A stretch of DNA of 64,000 bases, taken from assembly GCA_965226155.1 (NCBI GenBank), contig OZ245331.1:1082605-1146604 (forward strand), in the 5' to 3' direction. Made by a program: the position numbers and the translations under genes. Positions 29,279 through 43,152 of this stretch are shown piece after piece (the first letter of the stretch is position 1; every line of letters begins with the position of its first letter). The notes under the pieces were generated by a model. That model was not told the DNA's origin. It ran no database searches and worked only from the letters and a program-made list of their open reading frames with translations. The stretch comes from Gammaproteobacteria bacterium. Lineage in GTDB: Bacteria; Pseudomonadota; Gammaproteobacteria; Eutrophobiales; Eutrophobiaceae.

Positions 29279-30259
29279 TTGGAATTATTGCAGGTTAGCA
29301 AAGTACGCAATTTAACCGCTGTAACTATCACCCCCGGCCCAAACTTGAATGTTCTTGGTGGGCCAAATGCGAGCGGGAAAACAGCCACACTCGAATCTAT
29401 TTGTCTTTTGGCAAGAGCGCGTTCTTTCCGGACGGCCCGCATTCAAGATGTCATACAGCATGGGAGCCAGGTGTTGCGGGACAGGGGTGAAATCTTAAAA
29501 GAAAAGCAGGGGAAAATTAGTGCGGGGACAGAAAAGAGGGTGGGCGAAAGCAAGATACGCTATAACGGAGAGACGGTTAAGTCTGTGTCGGAACAGGCGA
29601 GAAACACCCCCTGGTTTTATTGAACCCAGATAGCCACATTATTGTGTCCGGAAGCCCTACACAGAGGGGGCATTGGCTTGATCGGGTAATGTTCCACGTG
29701 GAACCAGACTGTCTGTCTAACTGGAAGCAATATTTCAAGGCGTTAAGACACCGCAGTTCGCTTTTAAAAAGAGTGGTTACGGACAGAGAAAGCTATCGTG
29801 GTTGGGAGCACGCAATGGTAGAATCTGCAGCTGTTTTACAAGATTCGAGAGCGGATTTTATCCGGATGTTGTCGGGTTTGGTGAAGCAACTGACCGGTGA
29901 TTTTTCCCGGAAAATATCGCACTAAAGTTCGATTCAGGGTGGTCGAATGTGGTGAATTTTGAGGGCAGCTTGAAGTGGGCTTGGAGCATGGATAGAGAGG
30001 CTGGGTTTACAGGGGCGGGCCCGCACAGGGCAGACATCACAATAATGATAGAAAACAATAAGTTATCGTCTGTTTTTTTTCAAGAGGGCAGATAAAATTG
30101 TTTGTGTGTATATTAATGCTCGCACAGGCAAAGGCCTTATACAGTAAAACAGGCATAAAACCGGTTAATTTGCCAGATGATTTTAATGCTGAGCTTGATC
30201 CTGTTTATAGTGAGTGTTTACTGTCTTTGTTGTATGAAGAGAATTTCCAGGTATTTTAA
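29279..30259 (+). pseudogene. recF: recF (DNA replication/repair protein RecF) disrupted by three frameshifts
   Basis: RecF-like segments found in three frames: Walker A GPNASGKT (frame 2), LLNPDSH...WLDRVMFHVEP (frame 1), FFPENIALKFDSGW...GAGPHRADI (frame 3), then SRGQIKL...LPDDFNAELDP. The shifts map to homopolymers: C5 at ~29596-29600, T5 at 29901-29905, T8 at 30072-30079. Confidence 0.8.
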
Positions 30260-30373
30260 ACGACTACTGACACACAATTGTTGCAGTTAACAGCCGATCG
30301 ATGTCGTTGGTTTCGTGTGAAACAGGGTTTGGTACAACCTGTATCACAACAAACTTGTTCTGATATAAATTGA

Positions 30374-32788
<2,415 letters not shown>

Positions 32789-32791
32789 CAA

Positions 32792-33480
32792 TTAGTCCGC
32801 GCGTTCCAGCGCCCATAGTTCGATGTGCTTAACGCCGGCCTGTCTATATCGCTTAGCACTCTCGTTGCCGGTAACGCCGGTGGTAATGATATCGTCCACT
32901 ATGGCAATCGATCGGTAACTTACTGGTTTTTTAATGCGAAAAGCCCCCCCAGATTATTTTTACGTTGCTGGGGCGTAAGTTTGTATTGAGGTGCAGTAGC
33001 GCGCATGCGTTGCAATGAATGCCCCTCCACAGAGACATTTAACGCATTGCCGACTGTTTTTGCTATGTCTAGTGCCTGATTGAACCCCCTCAAATAATGA
33101 CGCAAGTAATGCAAGGGTACGGGGACTATTACCTGTGGTAGGGCAGTTGACTCATTATTTATACTACAAATGAGCGTGTTGATTAACGGCCGGACAATGC
33201 TAAGATCTTGTTTGTATTTATATTTTTTAATTATCCGGTCAACCGGATAGCCATAACGATACGCTGTTAGAACCTTGTTTAGTTTAGGCGGTTTGCGTTG
33301 ACACTTGCCACATACGCCCGGGTGTAGCATGGAGATGCCGCAGAGTTTACAGGCCTCCTTGATAGCGGGCAGATCAGCGAGACAACCCTGGCAAATGACA
33401 TGAAGAGACTCGGCACGTTTTGGGCACAAACAACAAAATGTAGGCAGGAGTGTTGTTACAAAATGCTTAAAATTTACCAT
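32792..33480 (-). pseudogene. comF: comF (ComF/GntX family phosphoribosyltransferase-domain competence protein) with a -1 frameshift in a G7 (plus-strand C7) run
   Basis: N-terminal 4-Cys zinc finger (CCLCP...CQGC...CKLC...CGKC). The ORF track stops at 32920. The PRTase C-terminus (AFRIKKPVSYRSIAIVDDIITTGVTGNESAKRYRQAGVKHIELWALERAD) continues in another frame after the C7 run at 32944-32950. Confidence 0.7.
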
Positions 33481-33507
33481 CTGTAAACATACTCTCCCTG
33501 TATACAG
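33481..33507 (+). promoter_or_regulatory. Candidate BirA operator (bioO): imperfect palindrome CTGTAAAC-N11-GTATACAG in the comF/bioB divergent spacer
   Basis: Half-sites resemble the E. coli bioO TTGTAAACC/GGTTTACAA arms; location immediately upstream of bioB. Confidence 0.35.
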
Positions 33508-33541
33508 TTGACAGCGCCAATCCCTAACATATCATTCCACT

Positions 33542-34558
33542 ATGTCCTTAGACAAGAACCCAAATACGGCGAATTCACTCACAACTCAAGACCAAGCTGA
33601 TGATAATTTTGAGGCCAGCATCCGTCATGATTGGTCCCATAAAGAAGTGCGCCAATTGTTTTCTCTGCCATTTCACGATCTGATCCATCATGCACACTCT
33701 GTGCACCGACGCTTTTTTGATCACAATGAAATTCAGTTAAGTACGCTATTAAACATTAAGTCCGGCGGTTGTCCGGAGGACTGTGCTTATTGTCCGCAAA
33801 GTGTGCGGTATAAAGCAGGTGTCGAAGACACACCCCTAATGGAAACGGATGAAGTTGTTGAGGCAGCAAAACTGGCGAAAGAAAAAGGCGCCACACGATT
33901 TTGCATGGGTGCAGCTTGGCGCAGCCCTAAGGATAGGGACATGGCAAAAATTGAGGAAATGATAACCGCAGTTAAGAAGCTGGGTCTTGAAACCTGTGTC
34001 ACGCTAGGAATGTTGAACAATCATCAGGCGCAGCGACTAAAATCTGTCGGCTTAGATTTTTATAATCATAATCTCGACACCTCTCCAGAATTTTATAAAC
34101 AGATCATCACAACCAGAGATTACCAAGACAGACTAGATACGTTAGAGAATGTACGTGATGCAGGAATAAATGTTTGTTGTGGAGGGATAGTTGGGATGGG
34201 TGAAGGCGCAGAAGACCGAGCGTCATTACTGAGACAGCTTTCTAATATGAAAACTCATCCTGAGAGTGTGCCCATAAACATGTTAGTAAAGGTAGCCGGT
34301 ACTCCGCTTGCAAGCGCGGAAGGGATCGACCCATTGGAAATAGTCAGAACGATTGCCGTCACCCGCATCATGATGCCGGCTTCCTATGTGCGATTGTCTG
34401 CAGGCCGTAACGAGATGTCTGAAGAGTTGCAAGCGCTATGCTTTTACTCTGGTGCCAATTCAATTTTTTATGGCGAAAAATTACTAACCACTGATAACCC
34501 ACAGCAGCAAAGGGATATGGCCTTGTTTGAGAAACTAGGCATACGGGTTATGCAATAG
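33542..34558 (+). CDS. bioB: Biotin synthase
   Basis: 338 aa radical-SAM enzyme with [11 protein letters not shown] cluster motif. Confidence 0.95.
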   Translation: MSLDKNPNTANSLTTQDQADDNFEASIRHDWSHKEVRQLFSLPFHDLIHHAHSVHRRFFDHNEIQLSTLLNIKSGGCPEDCAYCPQSVRYKAGVEDTPLMETDEVVEAAKLAKEKGATRFCMGAAWRSPKDRDMAKIEEMITAVKKLGLETCVTLGMLNNHQAQRLKSVGLDFYNHNLDTSPEFYKQIITTRDYQDRLDTLENVRDAGINVCCGGIVGMGEGAEDRASLLRQLSNMKTHPESVPINMLVKVAGTPLASAEGIDPLEIVRTIAVTRIMMPASYVRLSAGRNEMSEELQALCFYSGANSIFYGEKLLTTDNPQQQRDMALFEKLGIRVMQ

Positions 34559-34591
34559 CAAGATTGGGTCCGCAAACTTGACAGCATTAAA

Positions 34592-35764
34592 GTGTTTGGA
34601 ATAGACGCTGGCAGTCGGCTGAAAAACCTCACTGACATGGGGTTGTTTCGACACGTCAACGTTTACTCATCAAAACAAGACGCTGAAATAGTCGTTGATG
34701 GCAGACGATATATTAATTTTTGTAGCAATGACTACCTTGGCTTAGCTAAACATCCGCGCGTCATTAGCGCATTTCAACAGGCTAGTGCTACATATGGTGT
34801 GGGCAGCTCTGCTTCACCAATGATATGTGGTAAGAGTGAGGCGCATGAATTATTGGAACAGCGTCTTGCTAAACGGCTAGGGCGTGAGCGGGTAGTTTTG
34901 ATGTCATCAGGTTATATGGCAAACCTGGCTATTATTTCGGCGTTGATTACATCGCGTAGCCACAGCGTATATATGGACAAATTATGTCATGCCTCAATGG
35001 TAGACGGAGCCGTATTGTCACGAGCGAGGATAAAACGATATCGTCATGCTGACCCAGATGCACTAAAGGCCTTGTTTGCAACCAATCAGGCGGCCGTAAA
35101 GTTAGTGCTTACCGAGTCTGTATTCAGCATGGATGGTGATATTGCCCCCCTTTCTTTATTGGCAGAACTTTGTGGCGACTATCAGGCATGTTTGATAGTA
35201 GATGATGCCCATGGATTTGGTGTGCTAGGTGACAATGGTCTTGGTGGGCTTGATTATTTTTGCTTGGGAGAATCTGATGTGCCTCTGCTTATGGGGACTT
35301 TGGGCAAGGCATTGGGGGTATATGGTGCCTTCGTTGCGGGCCCTAGTGAAATGATCGAATTAATCGTGCAGCATGCTAGGCCATATATTTACTCCACAGC
35401 ATTACCTGCTGCTGTTGCTGCAGCTGCGTTAGAAGCATTGTCCGTACAGGAACAAGAAACAGCGCTTCGTGAACACCTCTTCAGTTTGATAGGCAGATTC
35501 AGAGCAGGCCTGGAAGCAGCGGGGATCTATCGATCATTATCTACAACACCTATTCAACCTCTAATCATTGGCAGCATAGACAAGACCTTGAACCTTAGTC
35601 AGCGACTACAACAAAATGGGATCTTTGTAACAGCAATACGACCACCGACAGTCCCACAAAACTCTTCTCGATTGCGCATTACATTATCTGCCAGCCACAC
35701 TAAGGACCAGGTGGATTATCTGCTTGAAGTATTATGCAAACATTTTCCAGAGGACCGAAGATAA
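34592..35764 (+). CDS. bioF: 8-amino-7-oxononanoate synthase
   Basis: 390 aa class II aminotransferase; PLP-lysine region GTLGKALG; bioBFCD order. Confidence 0.9.
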   Translation: MFGIDAGSRLKNLTDMGLFRHVNVYSSKQDAEIVVDGRRYINFCSNDYLGLAKHPRVISAFQQASATYGVGSSASPMICGKSEAHELLEQRLAKRLGRERVVLMSSGYMANLAIISALITSRSHSVYMDKLCHASMVDGAVLSRARIKRYRHADPDALKALFATNQAAVKLVLTESVFSMDGDIAPLSLLAELCGDYQACLIVDDAHGFGVLGDNGLGGLDYFCLGESDVPLLMGTLGKALGVYGAFVAGPSEMIELIVQHARPYIYSTALPAAVAAAALEALSVQEQETALREHLFSLIGRFRAGLEAAGIYRSLSTTPIQPLIIGSIDKTLNLSQRLQQNGIFVTAIRPPTVPQNSSRLRITLSASHTKDQVDYLLEVLCKHFPEDRR

Positions 35765-35777
35765 AACTAATCCCACC

Positions 35778-36680
35778 ATGACCGATAATTTTTTACAGGA
35801 CCACACCAAGGAAAAGGCTGACATTATCCATAGCTTTAATTCGGCGGCCGTTGGTTATGATGTCGTGTCCGTATTACAGAAGACGGTGGGCGAGAGATTG
35901 CTAGACCGGCTTGAGCTGATGAGAATAAGCCCGCAGTGGATACTGGATACCGGTTCGGGCACTGGATTGATTTCTCGCTCCCTGAAAAAGCAATACCGTC
36001 GTTCTGCTGTCTTACAGATGGATATTGCTGAAAACATGTTACATCATTCTCGCAAACAATCTCGTTGGGCGTTTTCAAAAAACCATTTTCTATGTGCGGA
36101 CGCTGATCAAATGCCTTTAAGTTCACAAGCCATAGACATGATCTTTTCTAACCAGATGCTTCAATGGGGTAATGATCTTGATCATTTGTTTGCTGAGACG
36201 TTTCGAATTTTGAACAATAAGGGGCTGTTTATCTTTTCCACTTTGGGCCCTGATACCCTGTGCGAGTTGAGGGAGAGTTGGAGCCACGTTGATGATTACA
36301 CGCATGTTAACCCCTTTATTGATATGCATGATGTGGGCGATGCATTGATTAGGGCTGGTTTCACAGATCCGGTAATGGAGCTTGAGTATATAAACATGAG
36401 TTATAAAAGTGTTTACGACTTGATGCACGATCTTAAGAAACTAGGGGCTCACAATATTAATTCAGGTAGACAACGGTCCTTGACCGGAAAGAACAAATTC
36501 AAGCAGATGGTCTCGGAATATGAAAAGAAAAAAGTCGAGGGCAGACTTCCCGCCACCTATGAGGTGATCTATGGCCATACGTGGGCGCCTGATGCAAATG
36601 CTCGTATGAGCACAGACGGCCAAACTGCAGTAATTCCTCTAGAAGTGCTAAAAAAGAGCTTGCGCGTGAAAGCTGACTAA
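35778..36680 (+). CDS. bioC: Malonyl-ACP O-methyltransferase BioC
   Basis: Start at ATG 35778 (MTDNFLQD), which avoids overlap with bioF; SAM-binding motif ILDTGSGTGLISRSL; position between bioF and bioD. Confidence 0.75.
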   Translation: MTDNFLQDHTKEKADIIHSFNSAAVGYDVVSVLQKTVGERLLDRLELMRISPQWILDTGSGTGLISRSLKKQYRRSAVLQMDIAENMLHHSRKQSRWAFSKNHFLCADADQMPLSSQAIDMIFSNQMLQWGNDLDHLFAETFRILNNKGLFIFSTLGPDTLCELRESWSHVDDYTHVNPFIDMHDVGDALIRAGFTDPVMELEYINMSYKSVYDLMHDLKKLGAHNINSGRQRSLTGKNKFKQMVSEYEKKKVEGRLPATYEVIYGHTWAPDANARMSTDGQTAVIPLEVLKKSLRVKAD

Positions 36681-36695
36681 TCACCCAGGGTAGCT

Positions 36696-37379
36696 ATGGC
36701 AAAAATAACTTATTTCGTTACTGGAACGGATACAGGCTCAGGAAAGACGTGGTTGACGCTAGGCTTGCTATCGGCCTTCAGACAGCGCGGTAATTTGGCC
36801 TTGGGTATGAAGCCAATCGCTAGCGGTTGTAGCCGGATCGATGACGTGTTGGTGAGTGAAGATGCCGAATTAATCCGGAAATACAACAGTACCAGCTTGC
36901 CATATCAGCTGGTAAATCCGCTTGCTTTCGAACACGCTTGCTCTCCGAATCTCGCTGCACAGATGGAAAAACCCGAGGTTGCAATAGAGCCAATCTTAAA
37001 TGCCTACAAAGAGGTATCCGAACAATGTGATATTACTGTATTGGAAGGCATTGGTGGTTGGCGTGTGCCGTTTTCAGAAAAACTTGATGCTGCCACTATA
37101 GTTAAAAGTATAAATGCGGAAATTATTATGGTTGTTGCTATCAGGTTGGGTTGTATTAATCATGCTTTTTTGACGCTGGAGGTAATAAATAGTGATGCTG
37201 TAAAACTTGCTGGTTGGGTCGCAATCTGTACTGAGCCGGATTTTGATTTTTCAGATCAGACCGTGGAATTCTTGCAAGGGAGTCTTAATTTACCGCTGCT
37301 TGGCGTCATTCCGTTTCTGCAAAAACTTGATCCGCCTACGATAGGATCACACCTGGATCTTGATCTGCTTCGATTATGA
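36696..37379 (+). CDS. bioD: ATP-dependent dethiobiotin synthetase
   Basis: 227 aa; P-loop TGTDTGSGKT typical of BioD. Confidence 0.9.
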   Translation: MAKITYFVTGTDTGSGKTWLTLGLLSAFRQRGNLALGMKPIASGCSRIDDVLVSEDAELIRKYNSTSLPYQLVNPLAFEHACSPNLAAQMEKPEVAIEPILNAYKEVSEQCDITVLEGIGGWRVPFSEKLDAATIVKSINAEIIMVVAIRLGCINHAFLTLEVINSDAVKLAGWVAICTEPDFDFSDQTVEFLQGSLNLPLLGVIPFLQKLDPPTIGSHLDLDLLRL

Positions 37380-37535
37380 AAATACCGGTTAAAATTGCAG
37401 CCTGGACAGGCTTGCAACCACCTATCAAAATAGGCATATTGACTAAGGGGACACCGAATCTGCGATCATCAGGTATAGGCCTGATTTTTAACCATTACTG
37501 CACCAGGAATATGAAAATCTCATACAAACACGGTC

Positions 37536-38680
37536 ATGTCAGTTACTAAGTTAAAATCGTTTATATCCACTTTTATAGCATGCTTCGGTCTGACGTGGTG
37601 CGGTAGCGTCATGGTGGACTACAAGCTGAATTTGACTCAGGGTGCCACTACCATTAGTAGGGAAGTGTATTACCTGCACATGCTCGCCTTGTGGGTCGTA
37701 TCTGACATCGGCGTTATCGTTTTCGGCCTGATGTTTTGGTCTATCATATTCCATAGAAAATCAAAAGGGAGCCCAGCAGCCCAATTTCATCACAGCACAA
37801 AGTGGGAAGCGCTATGGACAGTAATACCGATTTTTATACTACTCTCCTTCGCAGCACCATCTACTAGAACCCTTATTCTGATGGAAGACACTGAAGATTC
37901 GGAGATGACGATCAAGGTCACGGGGTATCAATGGAAGTGGCGATATGAATATTTAGATGAAGGCATTAGTTTTTTCAGTGCTCTCGCGCCGGAACATAAT
38001 CAGGCGATAGAGAAAAATTCCGGCGTGGACGCAACGTAGATAGAGAATTACTTGCTTGAAGTTGACACTCCGCTGGTCATCCCCAAAAAAAAATCCGCAT
38101 CCTGACTACGGCCAACGATGTTATTCACGCATGGTGGATACCAGAATTAGGTTGGAAGCGTGATGCCATCCCTGGCTTTATCAATGTTAACTGGACCAGG
38201 CTTACTGAACCGGGAATATACCGTGGCCAGTGTGCAGAATTGTGCGGAAAGGATCATGCTTATATGCTTGTTGTGCTTGAAGCGGTAAGCGAAAGTGATT
38301 TCGCAGACTGGGTTGTACGAAAAAAGCGTGAATTGGCCGAGGCTGCTGCGGGCGCTGACAGGGATTGGACGATGGCAGAACTCATGGAACGAGGTCAAAG
38401 GGTTTATACTTCCACTTGCATAACATGTCACCAAGCGAACGGTCAGGGTTTGCCTCCAACCTTTCCAGCGCTTACCGGAAGCGCAGTAACGACCGGCCCC
38501 TTGCAGGAACATCTTAATGTCGTGCTTAATGGTCGACCCGGAACCACCATGCAGGCGTTCGGACAACAACTAAATACAGTGGATCTAGCGTCTGTCATTA
38601 TCTTTGAGCGTAACGCGCCAGGAAGCAGTGTCGGAGACATGGCTCAGCCCTTAGAGGTTAAAGCCGCATTTGGAAATTAA
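37536..38680 (+). pseudogene. coxB: Native-GC paralog of cytochrome c oxidase subunit II (caa3-type, with C-terminal cytochrome c domain), disrupted
   Basis: The N-terminal TM/CuA part (37536-38039) ends at an in-frame TAG (38037-38039). ENYLLEVDTPLVIPKKK..IHAWWIPELGW..CAELCGKDHAYM continues after a -1 shift in an A9 run (38083-38091). C-terminal CxxCH domain CITCH at 38240-38680. ~50% identical to the intact coxB at 53919-55106. Confidence 0.75.
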
Positions 38681-38716
38681 TCGAAAACAGCAAGTAACCA
38701 TTTGAGGTAACGACGA

Positions 38717-40308
<1,592 letters not shown>

Positions 40309-40450
40309 CTTGGCCATGGTGAGACATGACCATAACGGTAATATTAAATTGAACGAAGAGCTGTCTCGCAAAAACAAGAGACTGGCAATAATGCTCGGGT
40401 TTTTTTCGTTGCTAATGTATCTGGGATTTATTTTGGCTTATTCTTAAAAA

Positions 40451-41011
40451 ATGCAACAAGATCGAAACAAAAAAACCGTCTTAAGCTTAGCGCTAATTGC
40501 TATAGCGATGTTTGGGTTCGGGTATGCATTGGGGCCCTTGTACGATGTTATCTGTGAGATAACAGGTTTAAATGGAAAAACAGGAAGAGTGACGGAAACA
40601 CAAGCTGGGGCTAGTCAGTTAGACCAGGACAGATTAGTCACCATCCAATTTGACACCAATGTAAATAGCGAACTTCCATGGAAGTTTGGTTCCATGGTCA
40701 AGAAAATGCAGATACACCCAGGCGAGTTGAACGAGGCCGTGTTTTATGCAGAAAATCTGTCGTCACAGACAATTACCGGGCAGGCCGTTCCCAGCGTTGC
40801 ATCAGCCGAGGCATCCTTGTACTTTAATAAGACCGAATGTTTCTGTTTTACTCAACAGTCGTTGGAGCCAGGAGAGCGTATTGAAATGCCGGTACGTTTT
40901 ATAGTTGATCCAAAACTGCCAGAACGTATCAGGATGCTGACTCTGTCTTACACCTTTTCCCGTGTCCAGAGCCAAGTCACATTCACGGTCTCAGGCTATA
41001 GTGGTACATAG
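40451..41011 (+). CDS. ctaG: Cytochrome c oxidase assembly protein CtaG/Cox11 (native-GC copy, apparently intact)
   Basis: 186 aa; N-terminal TM and conserved CFCF copper-binding motif; paralog of the 51695-52267 gene. Confidence 0.8.
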   Translation: MQQDRNKKTVLSLALIAIAMFGFGYALGPLYDVICEITGLNGKTGRVTETQAGASQLDQDRLVTIQFDTNVNSELPWKFGSMVKKMQIHPGELNEAVFYAENLSSQTITGQAVPSVASAEASLYFNKTECFCFTQQSLEPGERIEMPVRFIVDPKLPERIRMLTLSYTFSRVQSQVTFTVSGYSGT

Positions 41012-41038
41012 AGATCATGAGCACCCATGTAACGGAGA

Positions 41039-41919
41039 ATGACTATGTCTGAATCAAATACTTCATACTATCTGCCGGATCCCAGCCACTGGCCTATCAC
41101 CAGTTCGATCGGACTGTTCACAATTTTTGTCGGTGGTGCAGTTTGGCTCAATGGGTTCGGATCAGGTCCTTGGATCCTTATAGCGGGCATTGCGGTGTTT
41201 GTATATATGCTGTTTGGTTGGTTTGGTATTGTTATTCGAGAAAGTGAAGGCGGGAAATACAATGATCAGGTAGATGATAGTTTTCGCATGTCGATGATCT
41301 GGTTTATTTTTTCTGAGGTCATGTTTTTCGCATGTTTTTTTGGCGTGCTATTTTATGCTCGGCTTTTTCTATTCCTTGGCTAGGCGGAGAAGGTGCTGGT
41401 GTCGCTACCAATTTGTTTCTGTGGCCTGATTTTGTTGCAGAGTGGCCGATTAATGTCATGCCTGATCCGTCAGGATTCAATATTTATACGGAATTCATGC
41501 CTGCATGGGGTATCCCTGCCATCAATACAGTCATACTTTTGGCGAGCGGCGCCACAGTGACTTTTGCACATTGGGAGTTAGAGGAAGGTAATCGATCGGG
41601 GTTGTGCTGGTGGTTAGCCGTGACGGTTGCTCTGGGTTTTGTATTTGTTTGTATGCAGGCGTATGAATATGTACACGCCCATGAAGAATTGAGCCTTACT
41701 ATGCATTCTGGGATTTACGGGACGACATTTTATATGTTAACAGGTTTTCATGGTGTGCACGTGTCCCTGGGCGCGACTATGTTAGCGGTTATTTTAGCCA
41801 GGGCGATGAAAGGCCATTTCAGAGAAGTTCATCATTTTGCCTTCGAAGCCTTTGCTTGGTATTGGCATTTCGTCGACGTCGTATGGTTGATGTTGTTTAT
41901 TACAGTCTACTGGGTTTGA
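41039..41919 (+). pseudogene. coxC: Native-GC paralog of cytochrome c oxidase subunit III, one frameshift
   Basis: Two ORFs (41039-41383, 41332-41919) collinear with intact coxC; the shift lies in a T5 run near 41366 (FYARLF|SIPWLGG); C-terminus FITVYWV matches the subunit III end. Confidence 0.7.
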
Positions 41920-41986
41920 TAACCAAATCATCGGTTTAATTTTTTCGGAGCAGGCCGATAATGGAAGCCACTATTTTGTCAGTACC

Positions 41987-42073
41987 GGTTTCGTGCTGAG
42001 AGAATCGATCAAGCACCCGACGAAACACCTGATCTTTCATGTGGTGGCGTCCGAGGTATTCAATTCGAGGATG
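41987..42073 (+). pseudogene. Orphan 5' fragment of an actB-like gene (29 codons, no start), inverted partial copy of the actB1 N-terminus
   Basis: Translates GFVLRESIKHPTKHLIFHVVASEVFNSRM*, versus ActB1 GFMLRESIKHPTEYLIPHVMAPEDFSTGI. About 80% nucleotide identity to 49691-49775 (opposite strand), including 31/33 identical at 41975-42010. Confidence 0.7.
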
Positions 42074-42110
42074 TAACCCGACTGTTTTTCTTCATATTTG
42101 TATACTGGTT

Positions 42111-42296
42111 TTAGATGTATCTGCTTATAAACCCTATCCCCAACAGAACAAGCAACAGGACAGCTAAAGCTACCCGAATGCTCAGTGAAATAACAGTTCG
42201 CTCCGTCTTGCCGTGGTCCCGCACCAGAAAATAGAGACCGCCGCCCAGACTGACAAGAATTCCAAACATCACAAGTATAATAAGAAGGTTTAACAT
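42111..42296 (-). CDS. Twin-transmembrane-helix small protein (DUF2909 family), copy 1
   Basis: 61 aa, two hydrophobic helices separated by RDHGKTERT; family typically sits between coxC and SURF1; paralog at 55886-56131. Confidence 0.6.
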   Translation of the reverse strand: MLNLLIILVMFGILVSLGGGLYFLVRDHGKTERTVISLSIRVALAVLLLVLLGIGFISRYI

Positions 42297-42469
42297 TTTG
42301 TTACGGAGCGTGATGCGGCTTCAAAGAATTAAGGACACAGAATGGTGTAATGAATTATCGAAGTCAAACTGACCGTTGCCCCTTAGGGCGACAGCCACCA
42401 GCCACACTCGAAATACCCGTAGATTTGATTGACTCACACAGTCACCGTATAGGTCAGACACCAATTATG

Positions 42470-43054
42470 CTAACGATCTGAAGCGCGAAGCAACCGCTTT
42501 AGATCATCGAGTGCGCCATGCCCGTCTTCACTAGGGGGATAGGTCAAAACGATGCGCCCCCGATAATCGACGATGAGTAATGCTATATTGAGCTGCGGCT
42601 CGCCCGTAGCGCGACGCAGTGCACCGATGAGCTTGCCGTCTGTAGGCAATAGCCAGGGTTGCCCACGCGGGATTTGCGCATCGTCTTCAGGGCCGAGCGA
42701 GACCAAGGCAACACGGTTTATGTCGCGTCCCACCGCGACCTGGATACGCTCGGCAATCTGCAACAAGGTCTGACACGGCTCAGTGCAGTAGGCATCGTGC
42801 AACACCACTAGAAACCAGTCGCGTGCGGCAGCGTCCACAGTGAGCTCCGCACCAGCAGCGTCCATGACACCATAAGATTTCAGGTGTAACGGCGGTTGTA
42901 ATAGCATGCCGTGATTGACGGTATTTACCGGGCGCCAGTCGAGTGGCCCCACAGCAAATAGCCATGCGAGTACTATCGGTAGCGCGAACACCGTTACGAT
43001 CACCAACAAGGTGCGGCGCCCCTTCGTTTGCACTTCCTGTTCCGGCGCGTTCAA
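42470..43054 (-). CDS. Membrane-anchored thioredoxin-fold protein with CxxxC motif (SCO-like, PA0112-like family), island copy
   Basis: 194 aa; N-terminal TM; YCTEPC motif; clear paralog of 56983-57558 (shared LxVLH/LYLV-C-x3-C and C-terminal LIVDYRGRIVLTYPPSEDGHGALDDLKRLL vs LYLIDPLGNLMMFYPSETDPNGILKDLIRLL). Confidence 0.55.
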   Translation of the reverse strand: MNAPEQEVQTKGRRTLLVIVTVFALPIVLAWLFAVGPLDWRPVNTVNHGMLLQPPLHLKSYGVMDAAGAELTVDAAARDWFLVVLHDAYCTEPCQTLLQIAERIQVAVGRDINRVALVSLGPEDDAQIPRGQPWLLPTDGKLIGALRRATGEPQLNIALLIVDYRGRIVLTYPPSEDGHGALDDLKRLLRASDR

Positions 43055-43152
43055 GGCGTGATTGCTTTAGCGCTAAGTAGCGTGACTCCGCCGACCAAAG
43101 CAGTTAGTGGAAAACCGATTCTCGGCACTTTTCGTCGCACTATCACGTGCGA

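Noticed and set aside
37380-37535. Short hairpin AGCCT-ggac-AGGCT after bioD as a terminator
   Set aside because: Only a 5-bp stem and no U-run, so too weak to report as a feature.
42297-42469. 170-bp non-coding spacer at the island's left edge with a partial palindrome (gccccttagggc)
   Set aside because: The inverted symmetry is imperfect (5-6 bp). There is no similarity to the right edge of the island and no evidence for an att site.
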